Positions 38,166 to 51,228 of a DNA stretch of 64,000 nt are shown here, one piece after another. Location: positions 620,001 through 684,000 of the forward strand of contig NW_020845558.1 of the NCBI RefSeq assembly GCF_003704095.1, written 5' to 3'. The notes under the pieces were generated by a model. The model did not search any database. It was given only the letters and a program-made list of their open reading frames with translations, and had not been told where the DNA came from. Source of the DNA: Pocillopora damicornis (taxonomy: Eukaryota). Each line of letters begins with the position of its first letter. Within the stretch, counting starts at the first letter, position 1. The position numbers and the translations under genes are program-made.

Positions 38166-41100
38166 TTACTCACAAGGAAAGAAGACTCGTTGAGCATAAG
38201 TAATCTGACTTCGACATAATGGGCACTCTTTACACATGGATGAACACTCCACACAACAAACCACATGGCCGCAGGGGCAGAAGGCAGTCGCAACCTCACT
38301 ATCCATGCAGATCTGGCAGATTCTGGCATCCTGTAGGTGTCGCACCATAACCTTGAGTTGATCTGGAGTCATGTTCTCCATGGACTCTCTCTCAACAAAG
38401 GCTCTCCGGCATTCACCCCTTGATGGTCCTGCTTCATCATATCTCTTGGTGCTGTAAAATCTCCGTTGAGAGAGAGGGGACTGGACTGGGCGGTACTCCG
38501 CTGACCCAGGAGATGAACGCAAACTTCCAGAGGTGGAACTTGCCATGTCAATCATGCGGCACGAATTGAGTTCACCCCACGCGTGACTGTAGGCTTGGCG
38601 ACGCGTGCGCTGCACGTCGAACAGGAAAATCCTACCAAACTCATTACGCGGTACAAACATGGAAAACAGCCGACCAGCTAGAGTCCTTGTACACTGATCA
38701 ATAACGGATCGTTTGACAGTGTTGCACTGGTAAAACGTATGGAACTCCGTAAAAGTCCGGAATAAAGCTACGGCATCGCTTTCGCACTTCATCTTGTAAG
38801 TGTCTCGCTGCGCCTGAGGTCCAGTTCCCCCGTGGACAACAGTAAATGAGCGATTGTTGTAGGATACAGTGGAGACATCTTCAAACGAAACCCTGCAACA
38901 CATGTCAAACGACACGCACAATTTTATTAAACATCTGTATCATTCACCGGCTTTACCAATTTGTCATATCTTCTTTGTGCCCTGAGAGACTTCGCCCTTA
39001 GGCCAAACCTTACTCACTTTACTACGCTAATCGTGTATATTGTTCAACAGTTTCCATTGTTCCGTTTGTTCCCTTTTTCGTTAACACGGTGAAGAATCCC
39101 ACGAGTTTACAGTTTAACAATTACACAGACAACATAGGATGTGAAAATGAATAGTATAAATATTCATATATCTAGGAAAACTCGGGAACAGTTTTCCTAA
39201 ACGTCAAAAAACGCTAACGGATAACACCTGTTATAAGGGTTCTAAAATGCCTTCAACCCACACAGGAAGACGAACCTTTTCTAGTAGAAAAATATTTTAA
39301 GAACAACAAATAAGGAAAAACAATAAATTCCCATCTGTTTTTTTATTTCAAGAGGAGGTTCTTAGAGGCAAAAGACATGATATTTTGAGTCTTCGATTGC
39401 GACATCAGAATTTAATATTTTAACGTGAGAAAAACCACACAATATTGCTTTGGAAAATCTAAAACAACAAAATAAAAGAAAAAACGGTAAACAAAGATAA
39501 TGGACGGAGTAGAAGATTGAGACGATGACAATAAGAAACTAGAACACAATATGGAACACTTTTTCTTTTTTATTTCCCTAATCATGGACATTTGATGGTA
39601 AATCTGTAAAGCCATGGTCTATAACCATTGCACCTGTCGTCTTAAATTTATAATTTCTGCAGAACTATATTCATTTCGCAGCACAAATGCAACGAATCAA
39701 ACGGGAGTCACCAATCTTTCCTCTTCCTGCCAATATCCAAAATTACATTCCCCCAAGTAACCGCGAGGCCCATTTCTACAAGTGCAAAAAGGTTAAAACC
39801 TTCTTGGCCATAGGACACGAAATAAAGCGAGTGCAACATGAACTGTTATATCTCGTCTACACTAATCCACTTAAATCTTCTGGATTGGTGGACTCGGGTC
39901 TCCTCTCTTTCCTGTTGTATTTAATATGTCTAATGTAAGTCTGGTAAACTTTACACGAACCAAAACGGCTAAAAAGTATTTAAAATATGGACCAACTCGG
40001 TATGTACCAAACCTTTCTGAAACGGGCTAAAAAGTTCAACACAGGCTTGTCATTTTGGTGCAAACGACGGAGGGAGCTTTTAGGAAACGATGACATCACA
40101 TCCGTCAAAAGAGTAAAAACGGAAAATAGCGTTTTCTAATTTATTCGTTTTGGTTCACAAGAAGTTACTCTGATGGCGTTTCCGAGTCTAATCGGAGAAC
40201 TATGGTCAGCAAAAATGAAGGTGAGGGGATTAAGACTGAACGTTTTAACTGGGCATTCGCACTTCAAAACGGGTCTTTTCACTAAGGGGGCACCGGGCCT
40301 TGCTAAAAACGACAGATGACTAACAACAGAGACAAGATCACTCTTGGAAGACATTTGCAATCAGTGATCGCGAGGCATGCCAGCCGCACACCACAGTTTA
40401 CAAATGAACGGATATTGAGCAGCGAAGGGAGAGTTATAACAAAATACCGCGGGTGCGCGCAATGACAGCCATGCTACATCAAGCAGCTGTGTTGAAATAT
40501 TATTATTATGAAGGCAAACAACGTTAGAGTGTGTCAAAACAATCGCTTGCGAAAATAGAACAAAAATTTATGTAAGTAAAATTTTAAAAAAAAAGCTGTG
40601 ATTAATAAAACTCTCAACGTTATTATTTACTTGCAGTTGATTTGACTAGTAGTTCGAAGGAGAAATTTTAATATCAGAGATGTAATCTGAGTCCGCTTCA
40701 CTCATATTTATTTGCAGAAATTGCATCTGCTTGTATAACGACACAGTTACTACTGTATGTCAACATCTTGTCGCAGTTGTTTTTTCTGAAGTCGAACTGT
40801 GCTATCGAATATCTGACATCCTGCTATTCTGTTCTGTTGAGAATTCTTTTCCTTGTTGTGTCGTCGTTGAAATTGTGTATTTTACTGAATGAGCTGCCGC
40901 AGAGAAGACAGAAACGCATTTAAATTAAATATATTGAAAGAGGAACAAATTTTTAGCGGACAATCTTGTGTTCTAAATTCCACAAAGCTATGTAAAAGTT
41001 GCTTTATTCAGAAAGCCTCAATACAAAAGAGGAAAACGGGTAGAATATCCCCATTAATGAAAAAGTCCTGTTTGCGGTTTTGACTTGAGAAATAAATTAT

Positions 41101-42806
41101 GCAAGAAAAGTAATATCCCTTCCCTGCACCGCCAGTCGGCAAGCGCGGAATAAACACTTGAACATTTCACTTATATTTCACAACATGACTTTGAATCTCT
41201 ACTCAGGTAGGAAATCGAAATTGGACTCAATCATTACAGCCGCGAGATTTCGAAAAGTAAACCATGTCGAGAAACAGCCAGAAAATATTCCGAAATATAT
41301 TCATGTCTCGATTACTTTCGACGAATATGGAAGTAAATCCTCACTTGTTACGATAAAAATTCTGTTTAGGGAGAAGTTTTGGTCTAGAGGATATCTCCCT
41401 GTTAAAATGGGGGAGATTTTGCATTTACTTTAAGCAAAGATAAAAAAAAAAAAAAAAAATAAAGCAAGTAATAATTTCAACCGAAAGGTTAATTTCTTCA
41501 ACTTGAAGACATTAAAATTTTCCTGTGATAATTATCCGCAATCCCCAGAAAAATAATACGTGATAGGCAGTTAAGGGCAACATTAAAGCTGTTGTTAACA
41601 ATACTTCTGCTCCGACTTGAAACTTATGACGCTTTTGTTAGAGGTTAGAATTAACTGAAAAAAGGCAAGTTATATCGAAACCAGTTTCGCACACATGTTT
41701 CTATATCAAACGAATTCTACACAACAAAGAGAAAAGCTTACCTTTTTTCGAGAATTCTCCTCGTAACGTCTTTTCCTTGTTTCAGATCGAATTCATGGTT
41801 AATGCTGAAGACACGTATACCATCGTTTCCAACGTGAATTTCTACCTTCTTGAGCGTTTTATCGTCGCTCAATCTTCCGTGAAATAACTCAATCCCGTAG
41901 CCGTGAATACTGCAAGCTATGTGCAAGAATTCAATTTTTGACTCGCTGACGGGAACGCCGACTAACTTGCTGTGTTCAATTGCTGCATCCTTTTGAAGGT
42001 TGGAGGTTTTGGCGTAGTCATTATAAACAGAAATGGGAATATACGATGAATATTTTGCCACCCGCTCCTGGCTGAAATCTCCGCTCTCTATATGAGCAAC
42101 CAAAGCGCATAATCGGGCAATAGTTTTCGTTTGAACGGAAGACAAATCTAACTTTCCTTCGTTTATAAAGTTCTTTAAAGTAAGATAATACTGGTGTCTG
42201 AAAGTGAAAGAAAATCATATTTCAGTTATAGCGATAAACAGACGAAAATGACAGAATACATATTTTTCCGATAAAATAATTACAGGACAAACACCATCCG
42301 AGCTAAGAGTATTTATTTCAGCACGGTTTATTCGACAGGTACCCAATGCAAAATATGCATCAAATTTTCACCAGGTTTGCTTACCGTGTAATTTCTTGCT
42401 GAAGTTCTTGTGGTTTGACGAAAAATTTTACCAAGAAATGCAGTCGATACGGTGGTTTCCCAGTGAGCTGCGATGACATAGAATTTCTCAAATTCAGCCA
42501 AAACTGTGTTCCTTTCGCGCCACCGAATTTCAAACCAAAATAGTCTCTTTCGACGAGTTTTAGCTTTTCGCAAACCTGCGAAGATTGAAAACAATAAAAT
42601 AATTACCAGACTAGTGTAAGGGAAGCGAATGATTAAAAAGAGAGCGAAAAATTCAACGCGTGTACAGGTGTCTTGGGAATATTCATGGGAGTTTGAGTCG
42701 CTGAGTTGTAATTCCTCACCTTCTCTAAACAATCTTGTCCTACTGCATTCTTCGGAAGGAATATTTCGTGAATTATCCCGTTTGGCTCCGAAATAAAACA
42801 CCACAT
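38166..42806 (-). CDS. MYLIP: E3 ubiquitin ligase MYLIP/IDOL (FERM + RING), 4 exons, ~486 aa
   Basis: Exons 42806-42720 (MWCFISEPNG...GQDCLEK), 42575-42385 (VCEKLKLVERDYFGLKF...WLNLRN...VKFFVKP), 42197-41742 and 38892-38166. C-terminal RING CQICMD...FCPCGHVVCC...CPLCR. Phases are consistent (1461 nt). Confidence 0.93.
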
Positions 42807-42972
42807 TTTCTTCCCTATGTCTTAACTTCCTTTAGAACGAGTATAAAGGTTGTGTCAGCCTCTGTGGCTCGTCTTTTTCTGAAGGTTTTATTCTCTCCAT
42901 TCACCGGATATTCATCACAAAGAAAAGCGACAGAATAACAGCTGAACGAAAAGACTTTGTGTATTGATTGCG

Positions 42973-43016
42973 AGCCAATCAGAAGCGTAGAACCGCACAA
43001 GTCGCTTCATTTGCAT
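42973..43016 (-). promoter_or_regulatory. MYLIP proximal promoter: CCAAT box and octamer
   Basis: AGCCAATCAG (NF-Y consensus) at 42973-42982 and ATTTGCAT octamer at 43009-43016, 170-210 nt upstream of the ATG in CpG-rich DNA. Confidence 0.5.
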
Positions 43017-45446
43017 AAATTAGCAAAATTGATTACATATAAATTATTGATAACGCGTTGTCATTGGATACATCAACCTTTTCCTTCTTGGCAAGTAAAT
43101 GTAGACTATATTTTTCGTTTATTGCTCGCTGGACGCTTTACCGTTTTGCTATTAGTTTGAAATTCCCATTTTAAGGAGGTCGTTGGCATCTTGTCGAATG
43201 TCAAAACATTGGTAGCGAAAAGACAACTTCCCTGGGCTACACTGGGCCACACAAGTATTCAGGAATATCATTTACCAGCTGTACTGTTATTTGACATCAA
43301 CGTAGGCTTCATTTGCTATTTACAGCTAGCCTGGATATAAATAACAATCCAGCTCTTTAATTATAGCGTGCGAATCACTTAAGCTTGTCTTTTTGTTTGT
43401 TTTTTTTTTTTTTCACAGCACCTGTTGATTCAAGCTTGAGGATAAACTACACTTTGCTACAAGATCCCTTTTTCATACACGCAACTTAACGTGCATGACA
43501 CGAGATCATTTGACTGGATTATCACCTAGAATTTTTTATGGTCATGCAAGCTTAGGAACGAATAAAAATTTGAACGTTTCCTGTTAAAATTATTCTCAGT
43601 AGAAAAAAAAAATATATATATTTTGTGGTTTTTTTTTTTGACACCCCGTGGACTGTTTCAAGAGACTAAATTCCGGTTCTCGTTGATAGTGGAATGCGTG
43701 AGTATTTTTTAGCTATTCGAAGATGTTGCTGTGTGCGATTATTTATCGCTGTGACAAGCATGAAAAAGGAGGTCGGCGCCATGCTGAATGCGTATGTCAA
43801 TGAAAGGAGCACGAGCTTAAAAAAAAAAAATCTCAAAAAATGGCCTCTACACCTCTGCACGTTGATTGAAAGAAACTTTTAAAACATTTTACTAGGATCG
43901 TGTCAAGCAGCCAGTTAACGTTTCTGATACTTTTCGAGTATTAGAGGAAAATCTTAAACTTGAGATCTGTTTTCGGATCGAAATAATGATAACTATTATT
44001 TGCTGCTATGGGCGAGACGGTTAAATTTTAATTCTATCCGACTTTGAGCTACGGGATAAATAATTAAGGACAAAACAGCGAAGTGCTTTGTGAGTAGGAA
44101 TAATTAAAAAGTTTCATCAGCTAAGCCGAGCTTGATAAAAGTTATATCCATGCCCAAGGTTTGAAGTGGTATATACATTTTTTTAAGGGATTCTTCAATC
44201 AACAAGTGTCCTAATCACTCAAGTGTTGAAATTTGCTATTCATGAACAAAAATCGAAATCGAAAACGTTTTTTTCTGTTTCTTTCATGTTTCTCTTTGTT
44301 TCAGTCTGGTATTAAAAGACAAAGGTTTTCCTTTCCTAAGGTGAACAAAAGCAGTCAACCACCTACAGGGATTTTCCAAGCATATTAGATTTTTGAATAG
44401 CCAGATAACGAGATACCTGTAAGGCGTCATCTTCATCGTTCATAGAACCCCTTTTTTGTTTCTTTACGCTATTCAGTCTATTCAAGCTATTTCTGCTAAA
44501 GAAATAAAAAATATTAACAATCCGTAGGGGTTACTAAAGCCATTTACATTTTGTTTAGATTTGGCACGGAGAGCATGATCTGAAGGATGTCACCACAATA
44601 TACCAAAGGTATACACTGATACATTATCTACCGCAATGGAGGCCGAAAATTGAAGCCAAAAGATTTGAACGTTAACATGGACGAAAAAAGTCGTATCAAT
44701 TATTGAAAAAGCATCCTTTATAGAGTAATTTTATCGATTTCCATATCGCCAAATGTTGTTTTGGTCGACGAAATATGATTTGACATTTAAACGGACTTGC
44801 AGACGCTGTCAGTAACACCGGCCACACCCCCGGGTATAATATAATCGGTAATTAAGTTTGCTCTCAGATCGTAGAAATTTTCATCGTATTTTTTTAGCTT
44901 TACTCTGTCTGGTTGGGGAAGTTATTTCCCTCTGATTAAATACAAGAGCTTAACGATGAGCTAATTTCACAACGTAGAGAGAGGACGAGGGAAGGTTGTT
45001 AAAAGAGGGAAAAAATGACAAAAATTTATTTTTAGATATTAAAATAGTATCAGGCTTATCATTTCCCCTATGATAAATTTCCTTGAGTGACAGCACAGTG
45101 ATGGTTTCATTTGCTTAAACACAAGATTCAATTATGGGATTCTAACTGAACTTTGCAAAGAAATTATGGTTAAAATCAGGAGCCCTGTTAAAATTCAAAA
45201 TAATTTACCCGATACGATGCAATTACAGTCGTTTGAACTCGCTGCGTCTCCTCGGCGCACAGGTGCCCCAAGTTTGGTGAAAGTAATCACAACCTTTTAG
45301 TCTCAGCACTATGAAGGCCGGAAGATTTATTGATTCGAGGGCGGGGGCCCACGGGCTCCTGTTCGGGGGGTATTTCCAAAGTCCATTCCACTCTAATTAT
45401 TTCTTGTCTCTATCAAGCGCGCAAGGCTATCTGGGAAAAAACTATC

Positions 45447-47943
45447 ATGGCGTACAGAGACGAGATTGACGATGGGTTTGATGCAGTTGTTTTTCTGGAG
45501 GAAAGGTAACCTTAGACTTGTTGGGTACTTTAAAAATCAATTAGAAATAAGGAGAAACTTTTTAAACACTAGATGCTATGAAGAAGGTCATAAGAGAGGC
45601 TATCAGGATGGTCTTTTGAAGGGTATGGAAGAAGGACGAGAACTTGGTATGGTGAAAGGAAGCGAAGTTGGAGGCGAGGTGAGTTGAGTGTTGATTCAAC
45701 CTACTTTGTTTTTATCAGAAATTTATTTTTAATTTGGTGGGAATCTTTTGACAGACGAGGGTTTTGTCTATCTGTTGAGGGGTTCCTGAGTCTTTCCAGT
45801 CTTTTATAAACTAGGTTCCAGTTTTTTTTTTCTCGTACGTTTTTTCTTCCCAAACCAGGGAATAGAAAGATTAATAGAAATATAAATCTTCCACGAGCTA
45901 CTTTTTGAAAAGTTATTTCATAAATTAAGAACATCCAATCAACAAATTGACATCTACGTATTGATTAACTAAATACTGTACTACTTTGAATAAGCGCCGG
46001 GACGCTTTTTTTTTTTTAAATTTCAGCTAGATGGGGGGGCACTTATCGGAAGGGAGATGCTTAATCAAGAGGAGTCTATGCTATAAACTATTAACTTGTG
46101 CTGATTCTGCTATAGCTGACGCTTAAAAAGTTATAATAAAGTGGCAGTAAAAATAGGTTTTATTTGTATCCCTACTATCTAAGAAAGTGAGGGAGAAGGG
46201 GAGGGGGGGTATTTGTTTCAAGAGGGACACCTGTTTGATGTTATGGCCAAGGGGGTGGGTGCTTATTTGGAGGAGGGTGCTTATTTGGAGGAGGGTGCTT
46301 GTTAGAGCATCGACTCTTATTCAAGGAATTTACAGTATTCATTAAACCTCATCAAGACAAATCCTGTTATTTTTTGTTTTTGCTGTACCTTGAAAGATTG
46401 CTGAAGTTGAGTTGGCTTGTGAACTCATTCATTTACTGTAGTTTTGTTTAATTCATGTTAATTCAATGGCTATTGCTGAAAAGAAGATAACATTGAATAC
46501 ACAAATACAAAACTTAACAGATTTATGGGACTGACCAGTATGATCCCTTTCAGGTTGGATTCTATCTTGGATTTGTCTCTCTCTGGCTTGAAATTTTGAA
46601 TGAAACTCCTGACCCAAAACAAAGGTATTGATTCACGTAATGGAAGCCTTTAAAAATAATTTTCCTTATTTATAAGAATTTACTGTTTAATGAATCAGTA
46701 TATACCAAAGTCTTGAATATTTACTACACACAATTAACTACTTGGATGGGTTTGATTAATCAGGGTGGTCCTCTGATTTTATTTGTGAAAGAATTAATTT
46801 CAAACAGTTTAAACAGGGCTTTACTGCATCTGTTTTGACGAGTTTGAAAACAGAATTGAACACTATCATTTCTTCTTTAACCCTTTAACTCCCATGAGTG
46901 ACCAAGACAGAATTTCTCCTTACAATATCAATATAAAATCAAGCAGACAAGTGATGAGAGTAAAGAAAAATATCAATTTGGGGATTATAAGTTGATCCAA
47001 TACCAAATTCTCTGAACTAACATCACCAAAACTGTATGGCAGACAGTAAGGAGAGTTACTAATGAGATCGTGGGAGTTAAGTACCATAGTAATGTGAAAC
47101 CCCACCATCTCAACCTTCCAAGGAAAACAAAAAATGGTTTGAGTCAGGGGGGAGGGGGCCAGAGTTGAGGTAGCTGATAATACATGTCTGAAAAAATGGA
47201 GTCAAGGGAAATCGGATCTTGTTCTAGTTACTGGGTTCTACTGTACTTGGCAATTTTTTCTTGTGTGAAGTCATTTTGCATTTAACATTTATTACGGATA
47301 CCAAACAGCCATTTTTTCTTTCTTTTTCTTTTTTAAGGCATATTAAGTTGTTAGAGACATTGAGGGAGATGATCTCTTCTCTCCCAATAAATGATGTCAC
47401 CAGTGAGGAATTATTTGTTAACCTTGAAAAGATTCGGGCCAAGTATAAACAGGTAGGCACAAGGTGGAGTTACACTGATGAGCTTATGTGCTTGGAAATT
47501 CTTAATATGAATGAAGATCATTTTTTCTTTCATCATTCTTCTAAAATATTAGTCATATGGTAAAACGAAAGGGGAATTTTTGTCTTGTGCATGGTTGCAT
47601 GGTTTGTGTACACAGGAAAGGAAATGCACTCACAACATAGCTTACATTATCATGAAAAGTTGATGTACTGCATTTATTAAAGTGAGGCAAAGAGTCTATT
47701 ATGTGAGGGTTATGTGACAAACATGGCCTATAGTTTTTCCCTGACTGTATTTTTATCATATCAAAGCCAGACACTTCAAATTTTATGGAACTTCACTTGT
47801 TTCTGTACATTTTAGTCATTATTCTTTTTTAAGAAAACTGCAGGTTTATTTTGTGTTAATTGTGTTCAATTTTGTGTCAGCTTTGTTCACTGTTAGGTAT
47901 TAGCACTGATTATAGTGGTGGTACGTCTGGAGCCTCCTTCTGA
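45447..47943 (+). CDS. LTO1: LTO1/ORAOV1, Fe-S maturation adaptor for ABCE1, 5 exons, 137 aa
   Basis: Exons 45447-45505, 45573-45678, 46554-46624, 47338-47452, 47881-47943 (414 nt). Complete deca-GX3 motif (EEGHKRGYQDGLLKGMEEGRELGMVKGSEVGGEVGFYLG), LEKIRAKYKQLCSLLG, and C-terminal aromatic residue (GASF). Confidence 0.93.
45975..46338 (+). repeat. Interspersed repeat family 2 (LTO1 intron 2), TACTGTA...TACAGTA ends
   Basis: Same body as 27120-27428; internal tandem GGGTGCTTATTTGGAGGA units. Confidence 0.75.
46877..47080. mobile_element. MITE, TTAACCCTT family (LTO1 intron 3)
   Basis: TTAACCCTTTAACTCCC...GGGAGTTAA terminal inverted repeats; matches 21401-21599. Confidence 0.8.
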
Positions 47944-49588
47944 GATAAAGCTATTCATTAGTAAAGGCTACTGTGTTGGAACCAGAATTCATTTTCCTGA
48001 AAGGTAGATTTGTACAAAGTTCTTACAGTTCATTTCCCCATCTTATGAGTTCTGCTGTATGAAAAGTTTTTAAAAAAACAGAGCAGTGAATATTGCTTCC
48101 TGTGCAAAGCGACTGGTTAGTTTGGTGGTTATTAGTAAGTTATTTTCACTTTTGAGCAGAAAAGGATGCCTCATTTATGCAATTTTGGTTAAAAAGCTGT
48201 GAGCTTTAGGCCAAAATATATGCTTTAATTTGTTGCTTTGGTTCATACTGAGACAAATTTAGCGCTGTAACTATCTTACACTTTGGTTCATTATTGCTCA
48301 TGTCATTATACTTATATGATGTGCCGGTAGGAGGACAGATTTCAACTTTTTTTTTTTAAGAGTAGAACAGAGGTAATTCTTGTCATATAAAAACAGGGCC
48401 TTAACTGTTTCTGTGATGTTAAGAGGCAATCATTTGTGTTCAAGCATTATTCATAGTGAATTTTTATCTTGCTCTTCTTTACAAAGTACATCTTTCTTAA
48501 ATTTACACTAGTCGATCATTAGCTTGAACAGCAGTATTTTCACTTCCTTCAATGGAGGGGAGGGCCCTCCCCATCCCTCCCCCTCCTCAGCCCTTGACAT
48601 GACTTTTACCAAAGATTTGCCTTGCTCTCACTTCTTCATTTGGCTCAAAGGAAATACTGTTGGGCAGAAAATCATTTTTAACAACTTTCTGAAAACAAGC
48701 AACATTCATATTATATACACCTGAGTAGTATTTCATGTAAAAGCTTAATAATCCAATCATTAAGCCATACTTACTGTTTGTGCTTGATAAATGGTGATCA
48801 TTTAGTCTTGTAAACAACAGCTACTGCAAATTCTGGTGCCCATAGCCAGGTTATGTTAGATGCAAGGTGGAATATACCATGCTATGGATATGGATAAGAA
48901 ACAGCTTGGAATTTTGATTTTTAGTATTATCAGCAAGGAACCTACCTATTGTTGGAGATAAGTATGTTTTTAATATGACCACAAATGGTATTTTTAAAAT
49001 ATTATAAAAAATTATTTTATTAAGGGCCATATGTGATGGCTGTCCTTGGTCTGCATGTTGTGGCCTTGAACCAGATATTTTCTCTCCCACTTAATCAATG
49101 AATGTGGTAGACAACTCTTCTCAATTTACAATAGAAATTACAACTTTTGAAATGGGGGAAATTGCTGAGGGAAACACATCAGATATTGTATTATTCCTTT
49201 ACTACCCTATTTTACCACACTAGGGCAATGGAACATGCAAATATGCCACAGTATTACACTGCATCAGGTTTTTTTTGTTGGTCATAGAAAACACTTCAAG
49301 GGTTTGACTTGTGTTGTTTCCATCTTAGTCTGTCTTTCATGCAGGCCATATTTGATTAATACTATCACAGGTGTCCCAAGCTCAAATCTCAAGAAAAAGC
49401 AAATGATTAATTCATGAAAGCCTCATGCATTGTGTGACTCAGTTTTAAGTTACGATAGGAACCATTGAGAATTTGAACATGTTATAAGGAATAGTACGGG
49501 GAACAAAATATGGTCAATTTACAACAATAAATATTTCAGAATATGAACATTTTACACGTAAAATCGATAGAATTTACCCTCACCTTGA

Positions 49589-49705
49589 GTGTCAGTTTTG
49601 GTTTCTGGCGTTCTCTGCTGTATTAAGCTTGCTTTGCTATCACTGGTATTCAGAAATACCAGTGAGCTTAAAATGGCAGAGAACGCTGGAAACCACAATG
49701 GACAC
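49589..49705. repeat. ~117-bp hairpin palindrome between the LTO1 and CCDC34 3' ends
   Basis: TGGTTTCTGGCGTTCTCTGCTGTATTAAGC...TCACTGGTATT pairs with AATACCAGTGA GCTTAAAATGGCAGAGAACGCTGGAAACCA. Confidence 0.85.
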
Positions 49706-50008
49706 AAATGGTTTCACATATGATAAACACACAGACATTTTAGTCAATGCTTGTACTCTTCCTTACCCCTATGGAGCTCAGTAAAATACTATGCAACTTG
49801 AAAAATGTACAATAGCCTTACATAATGTAACGTTCAGACCATACATTTATTTTATGAATGTATTGTTTGTGTTCCCATTTAAATAAAGTGTTTATTTTAA
49901 TATTAAATTGATTCATCAGAAAAAAATTGACAGTGTTTAGAAAATAGCTGAATGTGAAACTATGTGTGCAGGGTTCAATAATAAAATACAAACTAAAACT
50001 TGCACCAA

Positions 50009-51031
50009 TTATTTTTTCTTCTGTCTTGCTTGTCTGTTTTCAATGTCTCTAAAGAGAAGAGGTGGGGATGCAGGCTGCATTTCTACTTTGCCCTTCCTTC
50101 TGTTACAATCTCTTTTAATTTTAGGAGGCACCCATGGAATAGGATTGCAGTAACTAGGTGCTGGATATGAACCCCATTCATAATACCCTGTTAACATTCC
50201 TCCTGTGTAACCAAAACTGTTGTACACAGGTTTAGGTTTTTCTTTGACTGCTGCAATCCATTTGCTGTAAGCTTCTTCATTGTTCATTTTCCTAGTAACT
50301 TCTTGATCCTTTGTTATTCTTGCATGTTCTTCCTCCTTTATTTTTCTCTCATATTCTTTTGTCTTCTTCTCCTGGAGCCAATTGTTGAATTTGATTGCTG
50401 CTTTCTCTTGAGTAATACGGTTCATGTTTTCTTTTTTCTTCTCTTCAAGGCGTTCTTCTCTATGTTTTATTCTCCTCTCCTCTGTAAAAGACTTATTTTT
50501 GATTTCCAGCCATTCGACATATTTCTCACTTGCAACTCTCAAAAGTTCTTCCCTTTCTCTCTCCTTTTTCTCTTTTTCCTCTCGCGCCTTCTTCTTTTCA
50601 AGTCTTCTCGCCTTCATTTTTTCACGATCTTCTGCAGCCTTTTTAATTAGCCAGGTTTCCCACGGAGAAAGACAGTTTCCTTGGTTCTCAACTGTCTTTG
50701 AGATATTTGTTTTGCTGTCTTTGGCATTTGATCTCGGAGCTGAGTTTGTGCATTTACTAGCGGATTTTTTCAATCCTGAAAATGATGAACTAGTCGGGGG
50801 AGTGTAGCTTCTTGATACTTTGGTCTTGCTCTTAGGAGTGCTGGTTGTTCCTCCAAATTCAAAGCTGTAGTCCTTTTCGTGGTCTGTTTCGTCGTCATCG
50901 CTCAAGGAACCCCCGGATAGCTCCGGTTCTTCAAATCGACCTGAATTGCCATACACTGGAGTTAGCAAAGACCGAGTCGACTCACCAAGGGAATCATCTG
51001 AGAATGTATCTCCCTCTAGTCCTTTATGCAT
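50009..51031 (-). CDS. CCDC34: Coiled-coil domain-containing protein 34, intronless, 340 aa
   Basis: LSPWETWLIKK, a K/E-rich coiled coil, and KPKPVYNSFGYTGGMLTGYY...YPAPSYCNPIPW match the CCDC34 conserved blocks. Confidence 0.88.
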   Translation of the reverse strand: MHKGLEGDTFSDDSLGESTRSLLTPVYGNSGRFEEPELSGGSLSDDDETDHEKDYSFEFGGTTSTPKSKTKVSRSYTPPTSSSFSGLKKSASKCTNSAPRSNAKDSKTNISKTVENQGNCLSPWETWLIKKAAEDREKMKARRLEKKKAREEKEKKEREREELLRVASEKYVEWLEIKNKSFTEERRIKHREERLEEKKKENMNRITQEKAAIKFNNWLQEKKTKEYERKIKEEEHARITKDQEVTRKMNNEEAYSKWIAAVKEKPKPVYNSFGYTGGMLTGYYEWGSYPAPSYCNPIPWVPPKIKRDCNRRKGKVEMQPASPPLLFRDIENRQARQKKK

Positions 51032-51228
51032 TTTTCTTGGTTATCACTGTAATCTTTCTGTGTAAGTTTTGTTCGCCCTAACAACAACGGTCATTAAGCC
51101 GCCATTTTGATAAAAGTCGCGGGGAGACTAAGACGAGTGATTCGAAAGAGTTCAAATGGTGAAAGAGAAGGTGATGAAATGTACTTTGGACAACTTTGGA
51201 GCTGATTGAGAGGAACCTGCTGGTCAAG
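51032..51228. promoter_or_regulatory. Bidirectional promoter CCDC34/TMEM19 with YY1 site
   Basis: Start codons are only 197 bp apart, head-to-head, in CpG-rich DNA. GCCGCCATTTTG (YY1 consensus) at 51098-51109. Confidence 0.7.

Noticed and set aside
42328-42804. 158-aa ORF overlapping MYLIP exons 1-2
   Set aside because: Alternative frame with a non-ATG start; the true FERM peptide is in a different frame across spliced exons.
50303-50807. Hydrophobic F/S/L-rich ORFs on the + strand, and similar ones at 61509-62320 on the - strand
   Set aside because: Antisense shadows of K/E-rich coding sequence (CCDC34 and the 316-aa ORF).
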